From Opitutales bacterium (GTDB lineage: Bacteria > Verrucomicrobiota > Verrucomicrobiia > Opitutales > Coraliomargaritaceae), in the NCBI GenBank assembly GCA_049606355.1, contig JBMYVL010000005.1, positions 1 through 32,000 of the forward strand: a stretch of DNA of 32,000 bases, written 5' to 3'. This document shows, piece after piece, positions 8,635 to 16,567 of this stretch. The translations under genes were made by a program, and so were the position numbers. The notes beneath the pieces are model-generated. The model was not told the origin of the DNA. It was given only the letters and a program-made list of their open reading frames with translations, and did no database searches. Numbering within the stretch: the stretch's first letter is position 1; every line of letters begins with the position of its first letter.

Positions 8635-11583
8635 CTACTGAATCGCCTCAACGATCTTGGTATAGATCGCTGCGACCGGCATTTGAGCCAGTTCTGCAGT
8701 CGGTATCCGTGGTGCATTCAGCGTGGGCAAGTGATCCATCGGCTCAGATAGGCAGACATCGCGGTTGGCTTCCACCTCTTCGACGCGATCGATCGGAGTG
8801 AAATGCGGCGCGCTCAGCAATGCCTGCGGATGCTCGAGGATCAATTGACTGATCGCCTGGACCGCCTCTGCAAAACGATCGAGCTCGGCTTTGGTATAGC
8901 TCTCGGTAGGCTCAATCATCAGACCCAAAGGCTCCGGCCACGCGACCGTCGGGGCGTGGAAGCCAAAATCCAGAAAGAGCTTGCCGATGCGTTGCGCCGA
9001 ATCGGCCTTGCGCAAGCCCACCGCTTCGAGCTGTGCATAGTGCTCTGGCTTCGGTGTCAGAATAAACTCGTGCATGCGTGGCTCCGCATCGGCACCCGTC
9101 GGCAGCAGCGCATAATCCTTGGTTAGCTGCGCCTGCACATAACGCGCAGACAGCACCGCCATGGCTGACATGCGGCGCACGCCCGCCTTACCCAAGCGCA
9201 ACAGATAGCTGTAGCAGCGTACCTTGTGGGCAAAGTTACCCCAGTGGCGGTGGAACGAGCCGATCGACTTCGGCGCACGGATCGGCTGGTAGCGATCGCC
9301 CTCGCGAATAATTTGATAGCCGGGCAAATACGGCTGCAAACGTTCACTCACAGCAACAATCGCATCTCCGGGGCCACCGCCGCCATGTGGGATCGTCCAA
9401 GTCTTGTGTAAGTTGTTATGGACGGCATCCACCCCTAAGGCGCCCAGGTCCACCCAGCCGGCGATCGCATTCATATTCGCACCGTCCATGTACACCAGGC
9501 CTCCAATCGCATGAATCTTGGCCGCAATCTCGCGGAAATCGGTCTCAAAAATGCCGGACGTATTCGGATTGGTAATCATCACGCCGGCGATTCTCGACCC
9601 ATATTCCTCAATGCGCCGATCCAGGTCCTCATTTAAGACACGGCCGGCGACATCTGCCTCGAGGTAGACGATCTTACCCTTTTTACCCCCGAAACCCGCC
9701 ATGGTTGCGGTCGCGAAATTGGTGCCGTGCGCGGAGCTCGGGATCAGCATAATATCCCGCGACTCTCCACGATCGCGGTGGTAGGCCTGAAATAACTTGA
9801 GTCCGACCAGTTCGCCCTGCGCACCCGCCAACGGTTGCGTGGTCACCGCCGCCAGCCCGGTGATGCTTTTAAACCACTCCTGGATCTCATACAGCAGCGA
9901 CAGGCAGCCCTGCGCGTCCTCGACCGGTGCTTGTGGGTGGATGTCGGTAAAGCCGGGCAAACTCGCCGCCCAGTCGTTCACTCGCGGGTTGTACTTCATG
10001 GTGCACGAACCGAGCGGATAACAGCCGTCATCCGGGCTCACGTTCAAACTGCCCAGTTGCTGGTAGTAGCGAATGACTTCCTCTGCAGAATGCTGGGGCA
10101 AGCCGGGGGCCTGCCTGCGTTGGTAGGCGGATGCATCCAAAAGCGCGGCGCTGTGCTCACTGCCGGGCGCACCGAAGCAGGCGGCGAAGACCGCGACCAA
10201 GCCATCCAAATCCTGCGCTCGGTTACTAAAGGACAGCTTTAACAAATGGCGCCCGCCCGCGATGCGCGCCGAGACATCCGCCCCAGCTAAAATACCCTGC
10301 GCTCGCGCCGCATTGCAGAGCTCGGCGACCGGCTTGGGCAGCACCAAGGTTAGCTCGTGAAAAGATACGCTCTGCGGGAAGGCCAGCTCCACCCCGGGGA
10401 ATGCGGTCAATCGCTCGGCGGCGTCCGCCAACCGACTGCGCAGGGTCCTTAGGATCGATGCCATGCCGGCATCGCCTCGCTCCAACAGGGCCGCACCCAC
10501 GAGGGTGGCAATAAAGGCTTGGTTGGAGCAAATGTTCGAGGTCGCTTTGTCCTTACGAATATGTTGCTCCCGCGTCGAAAGGACGCCAACGCGACACTCA
10601 CGGCCTGCACTGTCTTTGGCCTTGCCGATAAAACGCCCGGGCGCCGCGCGAACACCGCCACGGTCCTTGGCTGAAAAACGAACCCCAAATAATCCGAGGC
10701 CCGGGCCGCCGAAATTAGGGGCCAAGGCTAAATGTTGCGCCTCGCCGACAATGATATCGGCGCCCTGAGCGCCCCAATCGCTGGGTGCTTGCAGGCCCTC
10801 TTTTGCCAAAAGCAGCGGGTCGATCACCGCGACGCTTTTTGCCCCCAGCTCTGCGCTTAGATCAGTCAGTCCGGCAAAATCTTCAATCAAGCCAAACGTA
10901 TTTACTTGAGGGAAGACAATGGCTGCGAGCTTATCCGCTACCGTGCCGGCAAGCTCACGGAGCGCGCCCAAATCAATACAACCGGTTTGTGTATCGGCGG
11001 GCACTCGGATCAGTTCCACCTCCGTGTCCACCACCAACGTCTCCAGTACTTCCAAATCACCCGGGTACAGTGTTTCCGGGATCAGTGCCACACTCTTGCC
11101 GCGCAGCATGCGAATCGCGGCGCAAATGCCCTCAAAGATCGACGTGGAGCGATCGTAGAGCGATGCGTTGACCGCTTCAAAACCAGTCAGGCGCGCCATC
11201 GAACATTGGTAAATCCAATGCGCCAACAAAGTGCCCTGACTCAACTCGGGTTGGTAGGGGGTGTAGGCCGTGGTTAAGTTGCGAATATCACACACCGGGC
11301 CGATCACTGCCGATGGCTGTAAGTCCGGCACGCCGTCACCCAAAAAGCTCGAGCCGATTCGGTTCTGCTGCGCGATCGCCTCCATGCGTGCCTTCAGCGC
11401 ATCGTAGTCCAATTCATCCGGCAGATCGATGCCATCGCGAAACTGAACGTCCGCCGGGATATGATCAAACAGCGCCTCCAGAGAGTCTTTCCCGACTGCT
11501 TCCAGCATCGAGTCAATCTCAGCATCACTGGCTGCTATATAATGGCGGGCGTATTCGCGGAGCTCGGCAGAAGAATTTTGCAT
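8635..11583 (-). CDS. gcvP: Glycine dehydrogenase (decarboxylating), single polypeptide resembling a GcvPA-GcvPB fusion
   Basis: The 982-aa ORF has an N-terminal half resembling subunit 1 (TAYTPYQPELSQGTL). The C-terminal half carries subunit-2-type signatures (YPLGSCTMKYNPRVN, SAHGTN) and the PLP-lysine motif NLHKTWTIPHGGGGPG. Confidence 0.92.
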   Translation of the reverse strand: MQNSSAELREYARHYIAASDAEIDSMLEAVGKDSLEALFDHIPADVQFRDGIDLPDELDYDALKARMEAIAQQNRIGSSFLGDGVPDLQPSAVIGPVCDIRNLTTAYTPYQPELSQGTLLAHWIYQCSMARLTGFEAVNASLYDRSTSIFEGICAAIRMLRGKSVALIPETLYPGDLEVLETLVVDTEVELIRVPADTQTGCIDLGALRELAGTVADKLAAIVFPQVNTFGLIEDFAGLTDLSAELGAKSVAVIDPLLLAKEGLQAPSDWGAQGADIIVGEAQHLALAPNFGGPGLGLFGVRFSAKDRGGVRAAPGRFIGKAKDSAGRECRVGVLSTREQHIRKDKATSNICSNQAFIATLVGAALLERGDAGMASILRTLRSRLADAAERLTAFPGVELAFPQSVSFHELTLVLPKPVAELCNAARAQGILAGADVSARIAGGRHLLKLSFSNRAQDLDGLVAVFAACFGAPGSEHSAALLDASAYQRRQAPGLPQHSAEEVIRYYQQLGSLNVSPDDGCYPLGSCTMKYNPRVNDWAASLPGFTDIHPQAPVEDAQGCLSLLYEIQEWFKSITGLAAVTTQPLAGAQGELVGLKLFQAYHRDRGESRDIMLIPSSAHGTNFATATMAGFGGKKGKIVYLEADVAGRVLNEDLDRRIEEYGSRIAGVMITNPNTSGIFETDFREIAAKIHAIGGLVYMDGANMNAIAGWVDLGALGVDAVHNNLHKTWTIPHGGGGPGDAIVAVSERLQPYLPGYQIIREGDRYQPIRAPKSIGSFHRHWGNFAHKVRCYSYLLRLGKAGVRRMSAMAVLSARYVQAQLTKDYALLPTGADAEPRMHEFILTPKPEHYAQLEAVGLRKADSAQRIGKLFLDFGFHAPTVAWPEPLGLMIEPTESYTKAELDRFAEAVQAISQLILEHPQALLSAPHFTPIDRVEEVEANRDVCLSEPMDHLPTLNAPRIPTAELAQMPVAAIYTKIVEAIQ

Positions 11584-11727
11584 TTTAACGGAAAGGCTGG
11601 CTTAAACCCTGCGATAGTATCGGCTGCAGCGTTTTAAAAGTTTACAGCAGCTCACACAAAGCGACTCTTACTGCTTCGCAAGCACGATTGCATTAAATCA
11701 CCTGACTTCCTTCCGACTCCCGGTTCC

Positions 11728-12822
11728 ATGGCAGACGCACACCCACTTCCACTTCATGATTTCCACGCCAGCCACGGAGCTCGCTTCGTACCATTCGGCG
11801 GATGGGCAATGCCGGTACAGTACACGAGTATCCTCGAGGAGCATGCTGCCGTGCGTAAGGCCGCGGGCCTCTTCGATGTCAGCCACATGGGCGAATTTCA
11901 CGTTACCGGCCATCAAGCAGCTGCCTTCCTCGATAAACTGCTGGTGAATTCGATTGCTGCGGCACCAGTCGGCAAGGCCATCTATTCTCCTATGTGTCAA
12001 CGCGATGGCGGCGTGGTCGACGACTTGATCGTCTATCGCACCGACCCGGAAGCCTTTCTGATCTGCGTCAATGCCAGCAATGTGGAAAAAGATTACGGCT
12101 GGTTGCATCAACAGGCCGAGCGCTGGGGCATGGAGGTCGAAATTCAGGACCATTCCGAGAATTATGCGCTGCTCGCCGTGCAAGGCCCGAAAGCGGCAAC
12201 TGTCCTGGAAGCTGCGGGCTTCGAATCGGCTGGGCAGCTCAAACGATTTACTCATGAAGCGGTTGCTTTCATGGGCGAAAAATGCCGAATCGCACGCACG
12301 GGCTATACCGGCGAGGATGGGTTTGAACTGTATGTCCCGGTAAGTGCGGCCCTCGAACTGGCCGAGCGGCTCGTCGAAGCGGGCCAGGCACACGGCTTGC
12401 AACTCTGCGGGCTGGGCGCGCGCGACAGCTTGCGCCTTGAGGCGGGCCTGCCCCTTTACGGGCATGAGCTCAGCGATACGATCAGCCCGCTGGAAGCGGG
12501 TCTTGGATGGACCGTAAAGTTTGGCAAGGAGGACTTTATCGGCAAAAATGCATTGAGTGAGCAGCAACATGAAGGGCTGCCCCGGCAACTGATCCACTTT
12601 AAGCTGGAGGGACGCCGCATCGCCCGCGAAGGCACGGCAGTGGTCAACGCAGATGGCGCAAGTGTCGGTCAGGTTCTCTCGGGAACCAAATCACCGCTGC
12701 TGGACTGTCCGATTGGGAGCGCCCTGATCGATAGTGAGGCCCTCCAGGGCACACTGGCCGTCGATCTCCGTGGTCATGTGCTGCCGCTTCAGCGGCTCAC
12801 GCCACCGCTCCACCAAAGTTAA
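11728..12822 (+). CDS. gcvT: Aminomethyltransferase (glycine cleavage T protein)
   Basis: The 364-aa ORF begins [26 protein letters not shown] and contains [16 protein letters not shown] and [11 protein letters not shown], which are canonical GcvT motifs. Confidence 0.92.
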   Translation: MADAHPLPLHDFHASHGARFVPFGGWAMPVQYTSILEEHAAVRKAAGLFDVSHMGEFHVTGHQAAAFLDKLLVNSIAAAPVGKAIYSPMCQRDGGVVDDLIVYRTDPEAFLICVNASNVEKDYGWLHQQAERWGMEVEIQDHSENYALLAVQGPKAATVLEAAGFESAGQLKRFTHEAVAFMGEKCRIARTGYTGEDGFELYVPVSAALELAERLVEAGQAHGLQLCGLGARDSLRLEAGLPLYGHELSDTISPLEAGLGWTVKFGKEDFIGKNALSEQQHEGLPRQLIHFKLEGRRIAREGTAVVNADGASVGQVLSGTKSPLLDCPIGSALIDSEALQGTLAVDLRGHVLPLQRLTPPLHQS

Positions 12823-12858
12823 GCTGCGCCGCTTGCGTCGGTGCCCGCCCGTGCCGAG

Positions 12859-13911
12859 CTACTCGGCTGCATCGGAGGCGCTGTCGCGTGCTGCGGTCGT
12901 TTCTGCGACCTCAATCGTTGGCGCCTGCGCCGGACGGGGGCGCGTCTTTACGGAAAACTCCAGCTCCGCATCAGCCCGCTTGATCTTGATGCTGGTAAAC
13001 TGATTCGCGCGGGTAAAAAAGACCGCGGTTGGGACATCTGCGACCGTATGAATCGGGCGATCACCGATGGAGACCAAATGATCGCCTTCGCGCAAGCCGG
13101 CCTGCTTGGCGGGCGCCGAATCGACTAATTTTGTCAGGTAAACCGAATTCGTGTTATCCGCATTCAACTTAGCTGCGACTTCGAAGCCCATCCAACTGTG
13201 AATAATCCGACCCGAGAACAGCAAATCATCGCGCACCCGCGCCAATGCATCGGGTGGCAGGCAGTAGGACCCGCCCAAATCAGGAATCGAAGCCACCGTC
13301 ATTCCAATGAAGCGACCATTCACATCCAAGACCGGGCAACCACCACGACCTGCATCCACATCGAGTGAAGTACGTAGATAAGTCGTCGGAAATACCTTAT
13401 TGCCGAGCTTCTTGTCCCGACCGGTAATGATACCCATCGAAGGCGATGCCTCAAAATCCAGCGGACAGGAAATGGCTACCGCAATCGATCCCAGTTCCGG
13501 GGATGGCACGCTCGTATCAATCGGAATGATGGAAAAGTCTTCCGGCAATTCGATCACCCGCAGCACCGATACATTTGTTAGACGGTCATGACCAACCGCT
13601 TCCGCAGCATACGGACGCCCCTGGTACTCGACCCAGACACGGTCCGCCCCGGCTGCGCGGCTGGCACTGACGAGCACATGGCCCTCTTGGCTGACGAAAA
13701 ATCCCGAACCCACGCGCAACATTACCTGCGGCTTGCCATCGGCATTGTCCGGACCGCGGTAGGCAGCCTTCACGCGTACAATCGCATCCTTATTCTCCTC
13801 AAAAACTTCAACCAGACGCTGCTGTAAGGCCAGTGCATCGGCCGAACTGGCCGCCACAGGCACAGCGACCAGAGCCAAGAGGGAAAAAATCCAACCACTG
13901 CGGATGCTCAT
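12859..13911 (-). CDS. HtrA/DegS-like trypsin-fold protein with C-terminal PDZ domain; catalytic triad apparently absent
   Basis: It has a signal peptide, a GSGFFVS... trypsin-fold core and a PDZ-like segment (AKQAGLREGDHLVSIGDRPI). By hand alignment to DegP/DegS the catalytic positions read S (for His), N (for Asp) and G (for Ser). The first two lie in GHVLVSASRA and TNVSVL. The third is in GRGGCP, which replaces GNSGGP. I prefer the ATG at 13911 over the TTG at 13923. Confidence 0.75.
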   Translation of the reverse strand: MSIRSGWIFSLLALVAVPVAASSADALALQQRLVEVFEENKDAIVRVKAAYRGPDNADGKPQVMLRVGSGFFVSQEGHVLVSASRAAGADRVWVEYQGRPYAAEAVGHDRLTNVSVLRVIELPEDFSIIPIDTSVPSPELGSIAVAISCPLDFEASPSMGIITGRDKKLGNKVFPTTYLRTSLDVDAGRGGCPVLDVNGRFIGMTVASIPDLGGSYCLPPDALARVRDDLLFSGRIIHSWMGFEVAAKLNADNTNSVYLTKLVDSAPAKQAGLREGDHLVSIGDRPIHTVADVPTAVFFTRANQFTSIKIKRADAELEFSVKTRPRPAQAPTIEVAETTAARDSASDAAE

Positions 13912-13926
13912 CGCGCTACGCAAACC

Positions 13927-14484
13927 CTAGAAAACCAGGCTAGCCATACCCGTCTGCCCGAAGGCCGCCCGAGCTAAAGCAGAGTCGGCGGAGTAATCGG
14001 CCGTATCGTTGACGGCTACTTGAATCACATCCATGCCAAAATCACGCTCATAGCCTGCATCTTGCGCCACGCTCAGTGCATCGCTCACAAAAATCGCATC
14101 AATCTGATAATCGGCAGCATCGGTAACCTCCTGAGGTAAATCTGCGAGCGTTAAAGCGTCCTGCTGTGCTGCAGATGCAAGCACCGTGCCTGCCGCGCGG
14201 TCGGAGAACTGGAGTGTGCCCAACAGCGCCGGCCGAACCGCCAACACGGTCGCCACCAGAGCCGCTGTTGCCAGCGCAGTCGCCTGAGGCAGTCGCCCAC
14301 TGCAGCCCCGCCACAGCTGTAAATACCAGGGCTCTTTCTTAACCAGCGTCTGTAGCATGCGCTGATGCAATTCACGATCGAACTGATCCCAAAAAGCGCT
14401 GTCCGGCTTTTCCGAGCGCTTGAGGCGCAGCAGATCTTCCACATTGATTTCGTTCGGGTCCGCTGGATTCGACTTCGGCATCAT
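13927..14484 (-). CDS. Putative membrane-anchored anti-sigma factor
   Basis: It lies 32 nt downstream of the ECF sigma gene. It has a short cytoplasmic N-terminal region, one TM helix (ATALATAALVATVLAV) and an extracytoplasmic C-terminal region. No HxxxCxxC zinc motif is present. The call rests on position and topology. Confidence 0.5.
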   Translation of the reverse strand: MMPKSNPADPNEINVEDLLRLKRSEKPDSAFWDQFDRELHQRMLQTLVKKEPWYLQLWRGCSGRLPQATALATAALVATVLAVRPALLGTLQFSDRAAGTVLASAAQQDALTLADLPQEVTDAADYQIDAIFVSDALSVAQDAGYERDFGMDVIQVAVNDTADYSADSALARAAFGQTGMASLVF

Positions 14485-14516
14485 AGGTTTGGCAGTGGGA
14501 ATGGCAAATTCAGTCG

Positions 14517-15149
14517 CTAGCGGAGATAGTCCTTAAGTTCCGCTTGCAGTTGTTGTTTCGCGTAGTGGAGTCGAGAGCGCACCGTACCCACGGAAGTTTG
14601 GGTAATTTCGGCGATTTCGGCATGCTCAAGCCCTTCGATTTCATGTAAAATAACGACTGTGCGATGTTTAAGAGACAGCTTTTGTAAAGATTCGTTCAAT
14701 TTTTCCTGCAATTCTCGGACCAATACGCCTTTTTCAGTCCGATTTTTTGCCGTCAAACGCTCAATGATCTCAGCAGTCGCCACTTCTTCATTGATGGTCT
14801 CGTAATTAATAAAGCGCCGACGACTGTTCTTTTTCAGAAAGCTCATCGTCGTGTTGATGCCAATGCGATACAACCAGGTATAGAAAGCTGATTTGCCACG
14901 GAAACGCCCGATCGCCTGAAAGGCCTTAATGAAGGTCTCCTGCGTCAGATCGGAGGCATCTTCGCGGTTGCCGGTCATATTATACAGCACCGAAAAAATG
15001 TGCTCGCGGTACTTTTGCACCAGGGCATCAAACGCACCCACTTGACCGGCCTGAACTTTTTGAACAACGATCCAATCCTTGTCGCGTTCGGACAAAGGTG
15101 CGTCCTTCGCCGGCGCGAAGGCTTCGGAAACTGAGCTGGTTGTTGCCAT
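14517..15149 (-). CDS. RNA polymerase ECF-type sigma-70 factor
   Basis: Region 2 (YREHIFSVLYNMTGNREDASDLTQETFIKAF, FYTWLYRIGIN) and region 4 (EGLEHAEIAEITQTSVGTVRSRLHYAK) are present, with no region 3. The ATG at 15149 is preceded by AGGGG; the longest ORF uses a TTG at 15167. Confidence 0.88.
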   Translation of the reverse strand: MATTSSVSEAFAPAKDAPLSERDKDWIVVQKVQAGQVGAFDALVQKYREHIFSVLYNMTGNREDASDLTQETFIKAFQAIGRFRGKSAFYTWLYRIGINTTMSFLKKNSRRRFINYETINEEVATAEIIERLTAKNRTEKGVLVRELQEKLNESLQKLSLKHRTVVILHEIEGLEHAEIAEITQTSVGTVRSRLHYAKQQLQAELKDYLR

Positions 15150-15291
15150 TAAAACACCCCTATACAAGCACTTCTGACCTTAATTGCAAGAGCGCAGAAC
15201 AGGCGATGCGGCGCGGCCGAACGACTGAAAAATGCCGCAAACCCCTCGCAGATGGGCTCAAGCACAGCGGCTCAATCCCTCAGAATCCCAG

Positions 15292-15777
15292 CTAAAGAAT
15301 GGGCGCGGCTAACTTCCACCGCAATTCACAGGGCCCGAACTGCCCCAAATTCGGAATGGGGCGCCAGTCCAAACAAATGAGCCCGCAGGTGCCTAAATGA
15401 ATACGCGTGCGGTAACGCTCACCGCTCAGCAGTAGCGACGCCAACAACTCTAAGTTCGGATTATGCCCGATGAGCACCACATCGCGATCCAAACCTGCCA
15501 AATCTGCCAGCAAGGGCTCCGGGTCGGCCTCGGGCACCAGTGCCGCACACACCTGCGTCGATTCAATGCTGCCGCCCCAAGCCTCCAATAAGCCCTCCAT
15601 CGTCTCTCGGGTACGTTGCAGCGGGCTGCGCCAGATGTGGGCGGGAGTGAATTCCTCCTTATCTCGCAAAAAGTGGCCCAAGCGCCGGACCTGCTGTTGA
15701 CCTGCAGTCGAGAGCGCTCGGTCGGCGTCGGGGAACCCAGGCACCGCTTTGGCATGGCGCAGTAAATAAACTCGCAT
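15292..15777 (-). CDS. sixA: Histidine phosphatase family protein, SixA-like phosphohistidine phosphatase
   Basis: The ATG at 15777 gives MRVYLLRHAKA (RHG-type motif). SPLQRTRET and a downstream GHNP motif are also present. Length is about 161 aa. Confidence 0.7.
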   Translation of the reverse strand: MRVYLLRHAKAVPGFPDADRALSTAGQQQVRRLGHFLRDKEEFTPAHIWRSPLQRTRETMEGLLEAWGGSIESTQVCAALVPEADPEPLLADLAGLDRDVVLIGHNPNLELLASLLLSGERYRTRIHLGTCGLICLDWRPIPNLGQFGPCELRWKLAAPIL

Positions 15778-15825
15778 GCTTGAAGTGAAGCAAGCGGACG
15801 GCCCAAGCTCGACATAAAAACCCAC

Positions 15826-15860
15826 AAAAAACGCCGCTCACACGAGGCGAGCGACGCTTC
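15826..15860 (-). terminator. Intrinsic terminator of candidate sRNA copy A
   Basis: The minus strand reads GAAGCGUCGCUC-GCCUCGUGU-GAGCGGCG followed by UUUUUU. The stem is 8-9 bp including one G-U pair, and the U6 tail corresponds to plus 15826-15831. Confidence 0.65.
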
Positions 15861-15898
15861 TTAACAAACAACAAACTAACGGATACAAACTAGATTGT
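15826..15898 (-). ncRNA. Candidate small RNA, copy A (about 73 nt, 5' end estimated)
   Basis: It is bounded by the ECF-like promoter motif and the terminator. It has no ATG-initiated ORF. It contains AGUUUGUUGUUUGUU just 5' of the terminator hairpin. It is a diverged paralog of copy B, 204 nt upstream. Confidence 0.4.
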
Positions 15899-15904
15899 AA
15901 TAAC

Positions 15905-15931
15905 TTAGACGGAGGAAGCGGACAGACGTTC
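15905..15931 (-). promoter_or_regulatory. ECF-sigma-type promoter-like motif, copy A
   Basis: The minus strand reads TTCGAACGT-ctgtccgcttcctc-CGTCTAAGT. GAAC corresponds to plus 15928-15931, the spacer is 16 nt, and CGTCTA corresponds to plus 15906-15911. An A-rich tract lies upstream. Confidence 0.45.
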
Positions 15932-16029
15932 GAACTATTTTTTCATAAACATTATTTTTACAATTCGGCCGGCCGCCCCTGCCGCCCGACTGCCACACCG
16001 GTCGTACGGGTCGCAGGTAGGCACTTGGC

Positions 16030-16064
16030 AAAAAAAGAAGCGCCACTCCCGAGAGCGACGCTTC
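16030..16064 (-). terminator. Intrinsic terminator of candidate sRNA copy B
   Basis: The minus strand reads GAAGCGUCGCUC-UCGG-GAGUGGCGCUUC followed by UUUUUUU. The 12-bp stem includes G-U pairs, with a tetraloop and a U7 tail. Confidence 0.75.
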
Positions 16065-16103
16065 AAAACAACAAACTTTGCGTATACTAATGAATAATGA
16101 GTA
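16030..16103 (-). ncRNA. Candidate small RNA, copy B (about 74 nt, 5' end estimated)
   Basis: It has the same architecture as copy A. It shares GUAU(C/A)CG, AGUUUGUUGUUU and the GAAGCGUCGCUC 5' terminator arm. No ATG is present. Confidence 0.4.
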
Positions 16104-16108
16104 CAGAC

Positions 16109-16135
16109 ATAGACGGAGAACTGGGCCTAACGTTC
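16109..16135 (-). promoter_or_regulatory. ECF-sigma-type promoter-like motif, copy B
   Basis: The minus strand reads TTTGAACGT-taggcccagttctc-CGTCTATGT. GAAC corresponds to plus 16132-16135, the spacer is 16 nt, and CGTCTA corresponds to plus 16110-16115. An A-rich tract lies upstream. Confidence 0.45.
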
Positions 16136-16196
16136 AAAAATTCTGCACTTTTTTTGACCTTTTTTGAGTGCCACGCCGCCACGCTTCTGCAAGCCC

Positions 16197-16562
16197 TTAT
16201 AAATCAGTATACTTATCACTTCGGCCCTTCGCCTTCGCCACCGGATATTTTTCCGCATTGCGCTGCATTTTCGCCTCAATAATCGAGCTCAGGTCCATCC
16301 CGGACACATTCGCAAATTGGATCGCGAAAATCAGAATGTCGGCCAACTCTTCGGCAACCTCCGCTCGAAGGGCCGGATCTTGGACATCGGCACGCGATTG
16401 CTCGGCGGATTGCCAAAGGAAGTGCTCCATGAGTTCGGCCGCCTCCGCCGCAATCGCCATCGATAAATTCTTCGGGGAGTGAAACTGCTCCCAGTCGCGC
16501 TCACGCGCAAACGCCAGAACCTTTGCTTTGATGGCCTGTAAATCTGTGTGGTGGTCGCCCAT
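16197..16562 (-). CDS. MazG-like nucleotide pyrophosphohydrolase (small, all-alpha)
   Basis: The ATG at 16562 gives MGDHHTDLQAIKAKVLAFARERDWEQFHSPKNL..AAEAAELMEHF..EELADILIF, i.e. the EExxE/ExxD MazG signatures. The upstream part of the longest ORF overlaps mgtE and is discounted. Confidence 0.7.
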   Translation of the reverse strand: MGDHHTDLQAIKAKVLAFARERDWEQFHSPKNLSMAIAAEAAELMEHFLWQSAEQSRADVQDPALRAEVAEELADILIFAIQFANVSGMDLSSIIEAKMQRNAEKYPVAKAKGRSDKYTDL

Positions 16563-16567
16563 CGTCG

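Noticed and set aside
11584-11727. Possible glycine riboswitch upstream of gcvT
   Set aside because: The expected conserved cores (GGAGAG ... ACCGAAGGGGCAA-like) are not present on either strand. The region is short for a tandem aptamer. A covariance-model scan would be needed for certainty.
11698-12597. 299-aa minus-strand ORF
   Set aside because: It is antisense to gcvT, whose translation carries canonical motifs. I treat it as a shadow ORF.
16097-16282. 61-aa plus-strand ORF in the AT-rich island
   Set aside because: It overlaps candidate sRNA copy B and its promoter motif and runs antisense into the mazG-like gene 3' end. It has no Shine-Dalgarno or recognisable features.
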